A stretch of 64,000 nucleotides of DNA, from assembly GCA_016179745.1 (NCBI GenBank), contig JACPCP010000011.1:41-64040 (forward strand), in the 5' to 3' direction. Positions 7,998 through 16,104 of the stretch are shown here, one piece after another (positions within the stretch are counted from its first letter, which is position 1; each line of letters begins with the position of its first letter). This stretch comes from Candidatus Omnitrophota bacterium (GTDB lineage Bacteria; Omnitrophota; Omnitrophia; Omnitrophales; JACQLI01). The position numbers and the translations under genes were made by a program. Under the pieces are notes generated by a model that saw nothing but the letters and a program-made list of their open reading frames with translations, was not told where the DNA came from and did not search any database.

Positions 7998-9266
7998 TTA
8001 AGCCGTTTCCCTTTGACCGAACAATTTTCCGCAGCCCCGTCTGAGTTCCTCGGCGCTCGGCCGGGGTCGGCGGGACTGGAGGGGGTAATCCACCTCCACA
8101 ATCCCGAAGCGGGGTTTGAATCCTTCTGCCCACTCGAAATTATCGACCAAAGACCAATAAAAATAACCCAAAACATCCGCTCCTTCCCGCTGGGCCCGCC
8201 CGAGCTCGGCCAGGTGGTCCCGGATAAAACGCTGGCGCTGGCGGTCGTCCGGGGTCGAGACCCCATTTTCCGTCACCAGGATGGGAAGACGGAACCTTTT
8301 CAGAGAGGAGACGACCTCAAAAAGCCCCTTCGGATAGATTTCCCAGCCCAAGTCATTAAATTCCCGGTCCTCCCGAGGGTGGTGCTCCCTGGGGCAGACG
8401 GTTCCAAATTGGTTCTGCCCCCAGAAGCCTGCGAAGCGGACGAAATCCCGGCTGTAATAGTTCACGCCGAGAAAATCGAGTGTCCGGCGAAAGGGAAGCT
8501 TTTCAAAGAAGACGCCGGGAAAAAACAAAAATCCGGACATCAGGGCCTCAAAGGGCAGGCGATTGATAAACCATTCCCTCAGAAATAGACTCAGACGGTC
8601 CAGGGGGTGGGAGGAGCGACAGGGGCTCAAGGCCATACAATGATGGGCAATGGAAACGTGACATTCCGGATTGGAGGATGCCTCGTGAAGAATTTTGTAG
8701 GCGGCGGCGTGGGCCCTCAGAAACTCCCGGAAGACCCGAAGGGCTTTCGTAAAATCTTTTTCCCCCGGCGGCCAGCGGCCCAAAAGGTAGCTCTGATAAA
8801 TGTAGATGAGAGGCTCATTGAAAGTAATCCACACACGAACGTGTCGCCCGAAGCGCTCGACCGACTTTCTGACATAGAGGGAGAATTTTTCCGCCGCCCC
8901 GGAAGAAAGCCAGCCCCCTTTTTCAGCAAACCAAGCGGGGTTGGTAAAATGATGCAGGGTCAGGACGGGCTCGAGGGATTCCTCCTCGAGCGCTTGAAAA
9001 ACTTCCTCGTAGTGCCGGAAGGCCGCTTCGTCCCACTCCCCTTCCCGGGGCTCGAGACGGCTCCACTCCAGGGAGAAACGGTGCGCCGTGTGGCCCAGGG
9101 AACGGGCGAGTTTAAAATCTTCCCGGAAACGGCGGTAGTGGTCCGAGGCCAGGCCGGAACGCTCGCCGACCTTTCCCCTCTCCTCCCAGGCCCACCAATC
9201 GTTCCAAAAATTATTTCCTTCCACCTGGTGCGCCGAAGTGGCCGCTCCCCAAATCGGACGGAACAT
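7998..9266 (-). CDS. GH1 family beta-glucosidase
   Basis: 422 aa. WGAATSAHQVEGNN N-terminus, acid/base motif TFNEP and nucleophile motif VTENG. Confidence 0.9.
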   Translation of the reverse strand: MFRPIWGAATSAHQVEGNNFWNDWWAWEERGKVGERSGLASDHYRRFREDFKLARSLGHTAHRFSLEWSRLEPREGEWDEAAFRHYEEVFQALEEESLEPVLTLHHFTNPAWFAEKGGWLSSGAAEKFSLYVRKSVERFGRHVRVWITFNEPLIYIYQSYLLGRWPPGEKDFTKALRVFREFLRAHAAAYKILHEASSNPECHVSIAHHCMALSPCRSSHPLDRLSLFLREWFINRLPFEALMSGFLFFPGVFFEKLPFRRTLDFLGVNYYSRDFVRFAGFWGQNQFGTVCPREHHPREDREFNDLGWEIYPKGLFEVVSSLKRFRLPILVTENGVSTPDDRQRQRFIRDHLAELGRAQREGADVLGYFYWSLVDNFEWAEGFKPRFGIVEVDYPLQSRRPRPSAEELRRGCGKLFGQRETA

Positions 9267-9273
9267 AGGAAGG

Positions 9274-9918
9274 TCAGGAGTCCTTGACGAGACGAACCCG
9301 GGAGGGCGGCCACCAAATCACGACCGCCCGGCCGATCAGGTCTTTTCTCGGGACAAAGCCCCAGTTACGGCTGTCGCTTGACTGCGCCGAATTGTCGCCC
9401 AGGACAAACAGGTGCCCCTCGGGCACCCGGAAGACCTGTCCGTGTTTTCCAAACATCCAGTCGTCCCGATTGTAGTAGAACCGCTCCAAAAGGACCGGGG
9501 GGGACTCCAGCCGGCTTCCGTTGATATGAACCTGCCCTTCCTGGATTTCCACCGTTTCGCCGCCCGTGGCCACGAGGCGCTTCACAAAATCTTTTTTCCG
9601 GTCCAGGGGATACTTGAAGACAATGATCTCGCCCCGGTGGGGCTCCCGGAACCGGTAGGAGAGCTTGTCGACAAAGATGCGGTCCCCCTCCATCAGATTG
9701 GGCCGCATCGAACCGGTCGGAATTTTGTAAGGGCCCAGAATGAACGTCCGAATGCCGACGGCCAGGACGGCGGCAATGAGAAGCGGTTTGATCCAGTTCT
9801 CCCATTTGTCTTCAAGCCACGCCCTTCGGTCGGACTTGAAAAAGCGCCAATCGTCCATCAGACGGCGGCGCAGAAAAAAAAGGGCACCCACCGCAAAAAG
9901 GATCCAGAGAAATTTCAT
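9274..9918 (-). CDS. lepB: signal peptidase I
   Basis: The tracked ORF is extended into lepA. ATG 9918-9916 (MKFLWILFAV...) checked. Contains GSMRPNL (catalytic Ser) and VKRLVATGGE / GDNSAQSSDSR boxes. Canonical lepA-lepB order. Confidence 0.9.
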   Translation of the reverse strand: MKFLWILFAVGALFFLRRRLMDDWRFFKSDRRAWLEDKWENWIKPLLIAAVLAVGIRTFILGPYKIPTGSMRPNLMEGDRIFVDKLSYRFREPHRGEIIVFKYPLDRKKDFVKRLVATGGETVEIQEGQVHINGSRLESPPVLLERFYYNRDDWMFGKHGQVFRVPEGHLFVLGDNSAQSSDSRNWGFVPRKDLIGRAVVIWWPPSRVRLVKDS

Positions 9919-9926
9919 CGTGGTTT

Positions 9927-11717
9927 TTATTCTCCCAATTTCAGCACGGAGATGAAGGCCTCTTGAGGAAGGTCGACCTTGCCGATCCGTTTCATCCGCT
10001 TCTTTCCTTCCTTCTGCTTCTCCCAGAGTTTCCGCTTGCGGGTGATGTCTCCCCCGTAGCACTTCCCCGTCACGTTTTTCTTGAGCGGCCGGATGGAGTC
10101 CCGGGCAATGATCTTGGAGCCGATGGCGGCCTGGACAACCACCTCAAAAAGCTGGCGGGGAATCACGTCCTTCAGCTTCTCAACCAGCGTCTTCCCCCGG
10201 TAATACGCCTGGTCCCGGACCACGATCGTGCTCAAGGCATCCACCGGCTCCCCATTAATCAGAACGTCAAGCTTTACGAGGCTGGCGGACCGGTAGCCGA
10301 TGAAGTCGTAGTTCAAAGAGCCATAACCGGAGGTCAGGGATTTAATCTTGTCGTGGAAATCGACCAGGACCTCCGCAAAGGGAAGCTCGTAGGCCAGAAC
10401 GGCCCGGTTCGAATCAAGGTATTCCGTGCTCTTGTAGACGCCCCGGCGGTCCTGACAAAGCTGCATCACGGCCCCAAGCGACTTGGCCGGGATGATCAGG
10501 TTGGCGGCAATAAACGGCTCCTCCAATTTGTCGATTTCCTGGGGCGGCGGCAGCTGGGTGGGATTGTCGAGCTCGAGCACCTCCCGATTCGTCTTCGTTA
10601 CCCGATACACCACGTTCGGCGCCGTGATCAAAAGCTCCAGCTGAAATTCCCGTTCGAGCCTTTCACGAATCACGTCCATATGAAGGAGGCCGAGAAAGCC
10701 GCAGCGGTAGCCGAAACCGAGGGAAGCGGAAGTCTCCGGCTCGTATTGGAAGGAGGAATCGTTCAGGCGGAGTTTTTCGATGGCCTCCCGGAGTGCTGTG
10801 AAGTCTTTCTGGTTGATCGGGTAGAATCCGGCAAAGACCATCGGCTTCATCTCCTGATAACCGGGAAGGGCTTCACTCGTCGGGCGGGTGGAGAGGGTGA
10901 CCGTGTCTCCGATCTTGACCCGCTTCACCTCCCGGATATTCGCCGCCAGGTAACCCACTTCCCCCACCGTCAGGGAAGGAACCTTGTGAGGATGCGGGTT
11001 AAAGATGCCGACCTCCTCCACCTCATACTCCTTCTCCTCCTGCATCAAACGAATTTTGTCTCCCGCCTGGAGCTTCCCGTCAAAGACACGCAGGTAGGCA
11101 ATGACCCCCTGATACGTGTCGTATCGGGAATCAAAGATGAGCGCCTTGAGGGGGGCGCCGGGATCTCCCTTTGGCGGCGGCACCCGCTCCAGGACGGCGT
11201 CCAACACCGCTTCAATCCCCTGCCCGGTCTTGGCGCTTGTCAGGATCACCTCTTCGGACCGGCAGCCGGTCAATTCCACCAGTTCGGACCGGACCCGGTC
11301 CGGCTCGGCATTCGGGAGGTCGATTTTAGAGACCACGGGAATGATCGTCAGGTCCCGTTCGAGCGTCAGGTAGAAGTTGGTCATCGTCTGCGCCTGGACC
11401 CCCTGCGTGGCGTCGACCAGAAGAATCACGCCTTCGCAGGCGGCCAGACTTTTTCGGACTTCGTAGGTGAAATCGATGTGGCCCGGCGTGTCGATCAAGT
11501 TGAGCGGGTGGTCCCGATAGAGGATTCGGACGGCCCGGGCCTTGATCGTAATGCCCCGCTCCCGCTCGAGCTCCATATCATCGAGAAACTGTTCGTGGAA
11601 CTCCCGGGGGGAGATGGCCTGGGTCAGGAGGAGAAAACGGTCGGCCAGGGTCGATTTGCCGTGATCAATGTGGGCCACGATCGAAAAATTCCGGACCCGG
11701 CTTCCGGCGGAGGTCAT
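9927..11717 (-). CDS. lepA: translation elongation factor 4
   Basis: 596 aa. NFSIVAHIDHGKSTLADR, DTPGHIDF and a LepA-specific C-terminal domain. Confidence 0.97.
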   Translation of the reverse strand: MTSAGSRVRNFSIVAHIDHGKSTLADRFLLLTQAISPREFHEQFLDDMELERERGITIKARAVRILYRDHPLNLIDTPGHIDFTYEVRKSLAACEGVILLVDATQGVQAQTMTNFYLTLERDLTIIPVVSKIDLPNAEPDRVRSELVELTGCRSEEVILTSAKTGQGIEAVLDAVLERVPPPKGDPGAPLKALIFDSRYDTYQGVIAYLRVFDGKLQAGDKIRLMQEEKEYEVEEVGIFNPHPHKVPSLTVGEVGYLAANIREVKRVKIGDTVTLSTRPTSEALPGYQEMKPMVFAGFYPINQKDFTALREAIEKLRLNDSSFQYEPETSASLGFGYRCGFLGLLHMDVIRERLEREFQLELLITAPNVVYRVTKTNREVLELDNPTQLPPPQEIDKLEEPFIAANLIIPAKSLGAVMQLCQDRRGVYKSTEYLDSNRAVLAYELPFAEVLVDFHDKIKSLTSGYGSLNYDFIGYRSASLVKLDVLINGEPVDALSTIVVRDQAYYRGKTLVEKLKDVIPRQLFEVVVQAAIGSKIIARDSIRPLKKNVTGKCYGGDITRKRKLWEKQKEGKKRMKRIGKVDLPQEAFISVLKLGE

Positions 11718-12391
11718 CGACCTGCTGAGGCCGCAGAACGGGAAGAAGCCCGGAGGTCCTGAAGGGCCCGGGCCCGGTCCTTTTGGCCGAAAAGGGCCGA
11801 CCCCGCCACCAAAATGTTGGCCCCGGCCTGGACGGCCCCCGGGGCGTTCCGGGGGTCGATTCCCCCATCCACGGAGATCAACCCCTGAAAACGGGGCCGG
11901 AGACGCCTCACCTTCTCCAGCATTTCCGGCATGAAAGCCTGCCCGCCGAAACCGGGCTCGACCGTCATCACCAGAACAAGATCCACTTCTTTCAGAAAGG
12001 GAAAAATGGTTTCGATCGGCGTCTTCGGGCGGACCGAAAGGCCCGCCTTGGCGCCCGATTTCCGAATCGCCGAGAGCGTCGCTCCGGGCTCCGGACAGGC
12101 TTCAATGTGAACCGTCATCCAGTCAGCGCCGGCCTTCCGGAAGGCCTCTACATATTGCTCCGGATTTTCAATCATCAAGTGGACGTCGAGCGGAAGCCGG
12201 GTGCATTTCCGGATCCAGCTCACCACCACGGGACCGATCGTGAGATTCGGAACGAAATGTCCGTCCATCACGTCCAGGTGGAGCCAGTCGCAACCGGCCC
12301 GCTCCACTTCCCCGATCTCCTCTTTCAACCGGGTAAAATCACAGGAAAGGAGACTCGGCGCCACCAGAATGGAGTTCGCAGCGGATTTCAT
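11714..12391 (-). CDS. rpe: ribulose-phosphate 3-epimerase
   Basis: 225 aa. APSLLSCDF...HLDVMDGHFVPNLTIGP and VMTVEPGFGGQ motifs. Confidence 0.95.
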   Translation of the reverse strand: MKSAANSILVAPSLLSCDFTRLKEEIGEVERAGCDWLHLDVMDGHFVPNLTIGPVVVSWIRKCTRLPLDVHLMIENPEQYVEAFRKAGADWMTVHIEACPEPGATLSAIRKSGAKAGLSVRPKTPIETIFPFLKEVDLVLVMTVEPGFGGQAFMPEMLEKVRRLRPRFQGLISVDGGIDPRNAPGAVQAGANILVAGSALFGQKDRARALQDLRASSRSAASAGR

Positions 12392-13698
12392 TCGATTTCA
12401 AAACTCCTTTTGATTTCGCCCTGCCCTTTCTCCTTGAGGGGTCCGATAAGAGTGAGGTTGGCCCGGGCGGTCTGGAAAATCTGCTTCGCCACCTCCTGGA
12501 CCTCCTGGGCCGTGACCTTTTCAATCTCCCGGGCAATTTCTTCCCGGCTCTGCACCTCATCGTTATAAAGAAGTTTTTCTCCCACCCACAGCAGGTGGTC
12601 CAGGGTGTCTTCCAGGCCCATCAAAAATTGCGCCAGAAAATATTCCTTGGCCCGCCGGAGCTCGTCCCGGCCGACCGGCCGCCGGGCCACCTTCCCCAAC
12701 TCTCGAAGAATGACCTCAATAGCGTCCGGCGCCTTCCGGTTCTCGACCCCGGCCGAAACCGTCATCGAGCCCGTGTCCTGATAATGACCTACACTCGAGC
12801 GAATTTCATAAGCCAGGCCCCGTTTTTCACGGACCTCCTCAAACAAGCGGGAGCTCATGTTGGCCCCCAGCAGGATATTCAAGACTCCGAGGGCGTAACG
12901 GCGGGGGTCCCGCTTGGAGACGCCGTGAAAGCCGATCACCAGATGTGTCTGCTCTGTGTCTTTTTCCACAAATTGAAACCGGGGTTTTGCCTGGACGGCC
13001 TGGGCCTTTTCAAACCGGGACGGCTCCCCGGCTTTCAAAGGTGAAAAGTATTTCTGGGCGAGTTCCAGCACCTGATCGTGGGAAACGTCGCCTGAAACAG
13101 ACACCAGAAGATTCTGGGGCTGATAATATCTCTGTTTGTATTCCACCATCTCTTTACGGCGGATCGCCGTCACGGACTCCGCCGTGCCGGCCAGGCTCCG
13201 CCCGAGGGGCTGGTCCGGCCAGAGAAGCTCCCCCATCAGTTCGTGGACATATTGAGAGGGCTGGTCCCGATACATTTTGATCTCTTCAAGGATCACCGTC
13301 CGCTCCCGGTCCATTTCCCGGGCGTCCAGGCTGGCCTCCTTGATCATATCGGAAAGAACATCAAAGGCCCGGGGAAAGTGGCGGACGAGGAGCTTCGCAA
13401 AATAGCAGGTCCCTTCCTCACCCGTGAAGGCATTCAAGGCGCCGCCCACGCCCTCGACCTCTCGTTTGATCTGTTGGGAAGTCCGGCGGCGGGTCCCTTT
13501 GAAAAGCATATGCTCCAGGAAATGGGAAATCCCCGAAAGCCGCTTGGGTTCATAACGGCCGCCGACCCGGGCCCAAATGGCCACGGCCGCCGACTCCCGG
13601 TCTTTCATCGGAACCGTCAGGACCTGCAAATGATTGGAAAGTTTCGTAACGGGGTAAGGACCCGGAGCTGTCTCCGGCTTACGGATCTGTTTTGTCAT
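12388..13698 (-). CDS. M16 family zinc peptidase (insulinase-like)
   Basis: HFLEHMLFKGT (HxxEH) motif. Start re-set to ATG 13698-13696 (MTKQIRK...), which forms an ATGA overlap with the ruvX stop. The tracked ORF extends to 13887. Confidence 0.88.
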   Translation of the reverse strand: MTKQIRKPETAPGPYPVTKLSNHLQVLTVPMKDRESAAVAIWARVGGRYEPKRLSGISHFLEHMLFKGTRRRTSQQIKREVEGVGGALNAFTGEEGTCYFAKLLVRHFPRAFDVLSDMIKEASLDAREMDRERTVILEEIKMYRDQPSQYVHELMGELLWPDQPLGRSLAGTAESVTAIRRKEMVEYKQRYYQPQNLLVSVSGDVSHDQVLELAQKYFSPLKAGEPSRFEKAQAVQAKPRFQFVEKDTEQTHLVIGFHGVSKRDPRRYALGVLNILLGANMSSRLFEEVREKRGLAYEIRSSVGHYQDTGSMTVSAGVENRKAPDAIEVILRELGKVARRPVGRDELRRAKEYFLAQFLMGLEDTLDHLLWVGEKLLYNDEVQSREEIAREIEKVTAQEVQEVAKQIFQTARANLTLIGPLKEKGQGEIKRSFEIE

Positions 13699-14126
13699 CA
13701 CGTTCCTTTGATTTCTTTTGTGGCATTCAGATAACTTTGAAGGATCCTTTGCGCCGCCAGGGCGTCCAAGACCCGCCGCCTTTTTTTGCGACTCAGGTCC
13801 GCCTCGAGGAGCACCTCTTCCGCTTCGGCCGTGGAAAACCGTTCGTCCCAAAAGATCCACTCGGCCGGAATCCGGGGCTTGAGCCAATCGACAAGCTTCA
13901 GGACCCTTCTCGCCGAAGGTCCAATCTCTCCCCGGAGGGTCTGGGGCAGGCCCACCACGATTTTCTCCGGGCGGATTTCTTCGATCTGTCCCTCTAACTG
14001 CCTTAAGAGAAACTCCTTCGAGGAGTAGCGAACCGTGGCCACGGCTTCCGCAAAGGTCCCCTGCTCGTCACTCCGGGCCACGCCCACCCTTTTTTCGCCC
14101 AGGTCGAGTCCGAGATAAACCGCCAT
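13698..14126 (-). CDS. ruvX: Holliday junction resolvase-like protein RuvX/YqgF
   Basis: 142 aa. YLGLDLGEKRVGVARSD N-terminus, then VVGLP...G and DERFST motifs. Confidence 0.92.
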   Translation of the reverse strand: MAVYLGLDLGEKRVGVARSDEQGTFAEAVATVRYSSKEFLLRQLEGQIEEIRPEKIVVGLPQTLRGEIGPSARRVLKLVDWLKPRIPAEWIFWDERFSTAEAEEVLLEADLSRKKRRRVLDALAAQRILQSYLNATKEIKGT

Positions 14127-14129
14127 ACC

Positions 14130-14945
14130 TTACTTTCGAAGCGGCCGGACCAGCGACTCCACCAAACGAAAGACCGGAGCCAGCCCGCCCGAGGAACGCC
14201 GAATTTGATTCACAAGGGCGCTCCCCACAATCACCCCGGCTCCGAACCGTGAAATCTGCCTCACCTGATCAGGCGTTGAAACACCGAACCCCACCAAAAC
14301 AGGTTTCCGGCTTGTCCGAATCAAACTCCGTAAATTCTTTTTTAGATCGTGAGGAAGCCCGTGCCGGGCCCCGGTGACCCCCCGGACCGAGACATAATAG
14401 AGGAAACCCCGGGACCTCGCAAAAATTTTTCGGGCCCGCTCCGGCCGGGTCGTGGGGGCGACAAAAAAGACGGGGGCAATCCCGGCCCGCTCGCAGGCCT
14501 GCCAGAGTTTTGGGTCCTCCTCCGGCGGACAGTCTGGAATGATCAGCCCGTCAAAGCCCGCTTCCTTCAGTTGCCGGGGAAGCCTCTCGATCCCGGCGTG
14601 GTAAACCGGATTCAAATAGGAAAACAAGACAATCGGGATCTGAACGCCTTTTTTTCTCAGATTTCGAACAATCCGGAAGGCGTCCTGAAGCCTCACCCCC
14701 CGCCGGAGCGCCGCCTCGGAGGAAAACTGGATCGTGGGGCCGTCGGCCATCGGGTCCGAAAAAGGAAAGCCCAATTCAATCACGTCCACGCCCCGGGCGG
14801 CAAATCCCTCGATCAGCTTCTCCGTCGCCGGGACGCTGGGAAACCCAAGCGTCAAAAAGGCACAGAAGAGTTTCCGCCGGGACTTCCGGGCCTCCTCAAT
14901 TCTTTGGACAAGGCGGTTAGCGGATAAATTTTTTGACGACATCAA
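14130..14945 (-). CDS. trpA: tryptophan synthase alpha chain
   Basis: 271 aa. [19 protein letters not shown] motif. Lies downstream of trpB. Confidence 0.95.
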   Translation of the reverse strand: MMSSKNLSANRLVQRIEEARKSRRKLFCAFLTLGFPSVPATEKLIEGFAARGVDVIELGFPFSDPMADGPTIQFSSEAALRRGVRLQDAFRIVRNLRKKGVQIPIVLFSYLNPVYHAGIERLPRQLKEAGFDGLIIPDCPPEEDPKLWQACERAGIAPVFFVAPTTRPERARKIFARSRGFLYYVSVRGVTGARHGLPHDLKKNLRSLIRTSRKPVLVGFGVSTPDQVRQISRFGAGVIVGSALVNQIRRSSGGLAPVFRLVESLVRPLRK

Positions 14946-16104
14946 TGTCCTTGTCTCCTCGTCCGGAAATGCAGACCACGACCGATTCCCGGGTGCGGGT
15001 TTTCGGCATCAGGTGTTTCAAAAATCCGAGGGCGTGCGCCGGCTCAAGGGCCGGCATAATTCCCTCGGTCTCGGTCAAAAGCCTGAAACCCCAAAGGGCC
15101 TCCCGGTCCGTCACCGTGACATAACGGACCCGGCCGGACTCCTTCAAAAAGGCGTGCTCCGGGCCGACCGAGGGGTAATCGAGGCCCGCTGAAATGGAAT
15201 GGGCAAGCTCCACCTGCCCTTCCCGATTCTGCAGAAGGTAACTTTTCATTCCGTGCAAAATTCCGACCGAGCCCCGGGTGAGCGAGGCCGAATGCCGGCC
15301 GCTCGCCAGACCCTTGCCCGCCGCTTCCACCCCGAAAAGCTTCACCCCCCGTTTTTTCAGAAACGGGTAAAAAAATCCGATGGCATTGCTCCCGCCCCCC
15401 ACACAGGCCACGAGATAGCCAGGCAAACTCCGGGACCGGGAAGCCGGTTTAAATTGCCGGAATGTCTCTTTTCCGATCACGGACTGAAAATCCCTCACCA
15501 TCATCGGGTAAGGGTGGGGGCCCACGACCGAGCCCAAAAGATAATGGGTGGTCTCGACGTGGGTGACCCAATCCCGAATGGCTTCGTTGGTAGCGTCTTT
15601 CAGGGTCCGGGAACCCGAGTGCACCGGGACCACCGTGGCTCCCAGGAGCTTCATCTTGTAAACATTGAGGGCTTGTCTCCGAATGTCCTCTTCTCCCATA
15701 TAAATCACGCATTCGAGACCAAAAACCCGGGCCGCCGTGGCCGTGGCCACGCCGTGCTGGCCCGCCCCGGTCTCCGCAATGATTCGGGTTTTCCCGAGGC
15801 GTTTGGCCAGCAGCCCCTGGCCGAGCGTGTTATTGATCTTGTGGGCGCCCGTGTGGCAAAGGTCCTCCCGCTTCAGGAAAATCCGGGCCCGCCCGAAATG
15901 TCGAGTCAGGTTTTCCGCCTCGTAAAGCGGCGTCGGGCGGCCGGCGTAGGTTTCGAGGAGCTGCTTCAGCTCGCTTCGAAAACGGCGGTCACGGCGAAGC
16001 CTCTGATACGAACGGACCAGTTCCTCCAGCGCCCGCACCAGGGTCTCGGGCACGTAACGTCCGCCAAAAATTCCAAAATGTCCACTTCGGTCCGGCAACG
16101 TCAT
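14917..16104 (-). CDS. trpB: tryptophan synthase beta chain
   Basis: 395 aa. [10 protein letters not shown] and HTGAHKINN (PLP lysine) motifs. Confidence 0.97.
   Translation of the reverse strand: MTLPDRSGHFGIFGGRYVPETLVRALEELVRSYQRLRRDRRFRSELKQLLETYAGRPTPLYEAENLTRHFGRARIFLKREDLCHTGAHKINNTLGQGLLAKRLGKTRIIAETGAGQHGVATATAARVFGLECVIYMGEEDIRRQALNVYKMKLLGATVVPVHSGSRTLKDATNEAIRDWVTHVETTHYLLGSVVGPHPYPMMVRDFQSVIGKETFRQFKPASRSRSLPGYLVACVGGGSNAIGFFYPFLKKRGVKLFGVEAAGKGLASGRHSASLTRGSVGILHGMKSYLLQNREGQVELAHSISAGLDYPSVGPEHAFLKESGRVRYVTVTDREALWGFRLLTETEGIMPALEPAHALGFLKHLMPKTRTRESVVVCISGRGDKDIDVVKKFIR

Noticed and set aside
9963-11762. Very long plus-strand ORFs (for example 9963-11762 at 599 aa, 43294-44949 at 551 aa, 38420-39610, 15199-16263, 26074-27162, 30088-31137 and 138-992).
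   Set aside because: Each lies exactly antisense to a minus-strand gene with unmistakable family motifs (lepA, murC, hemE, trpB, uvrD, gcvPB, thiolase/patatin). Their translations are Arg/Gly/Pro-rich low-information sequence. This is typical of stop-poor shadow frames in high-GC DNA.
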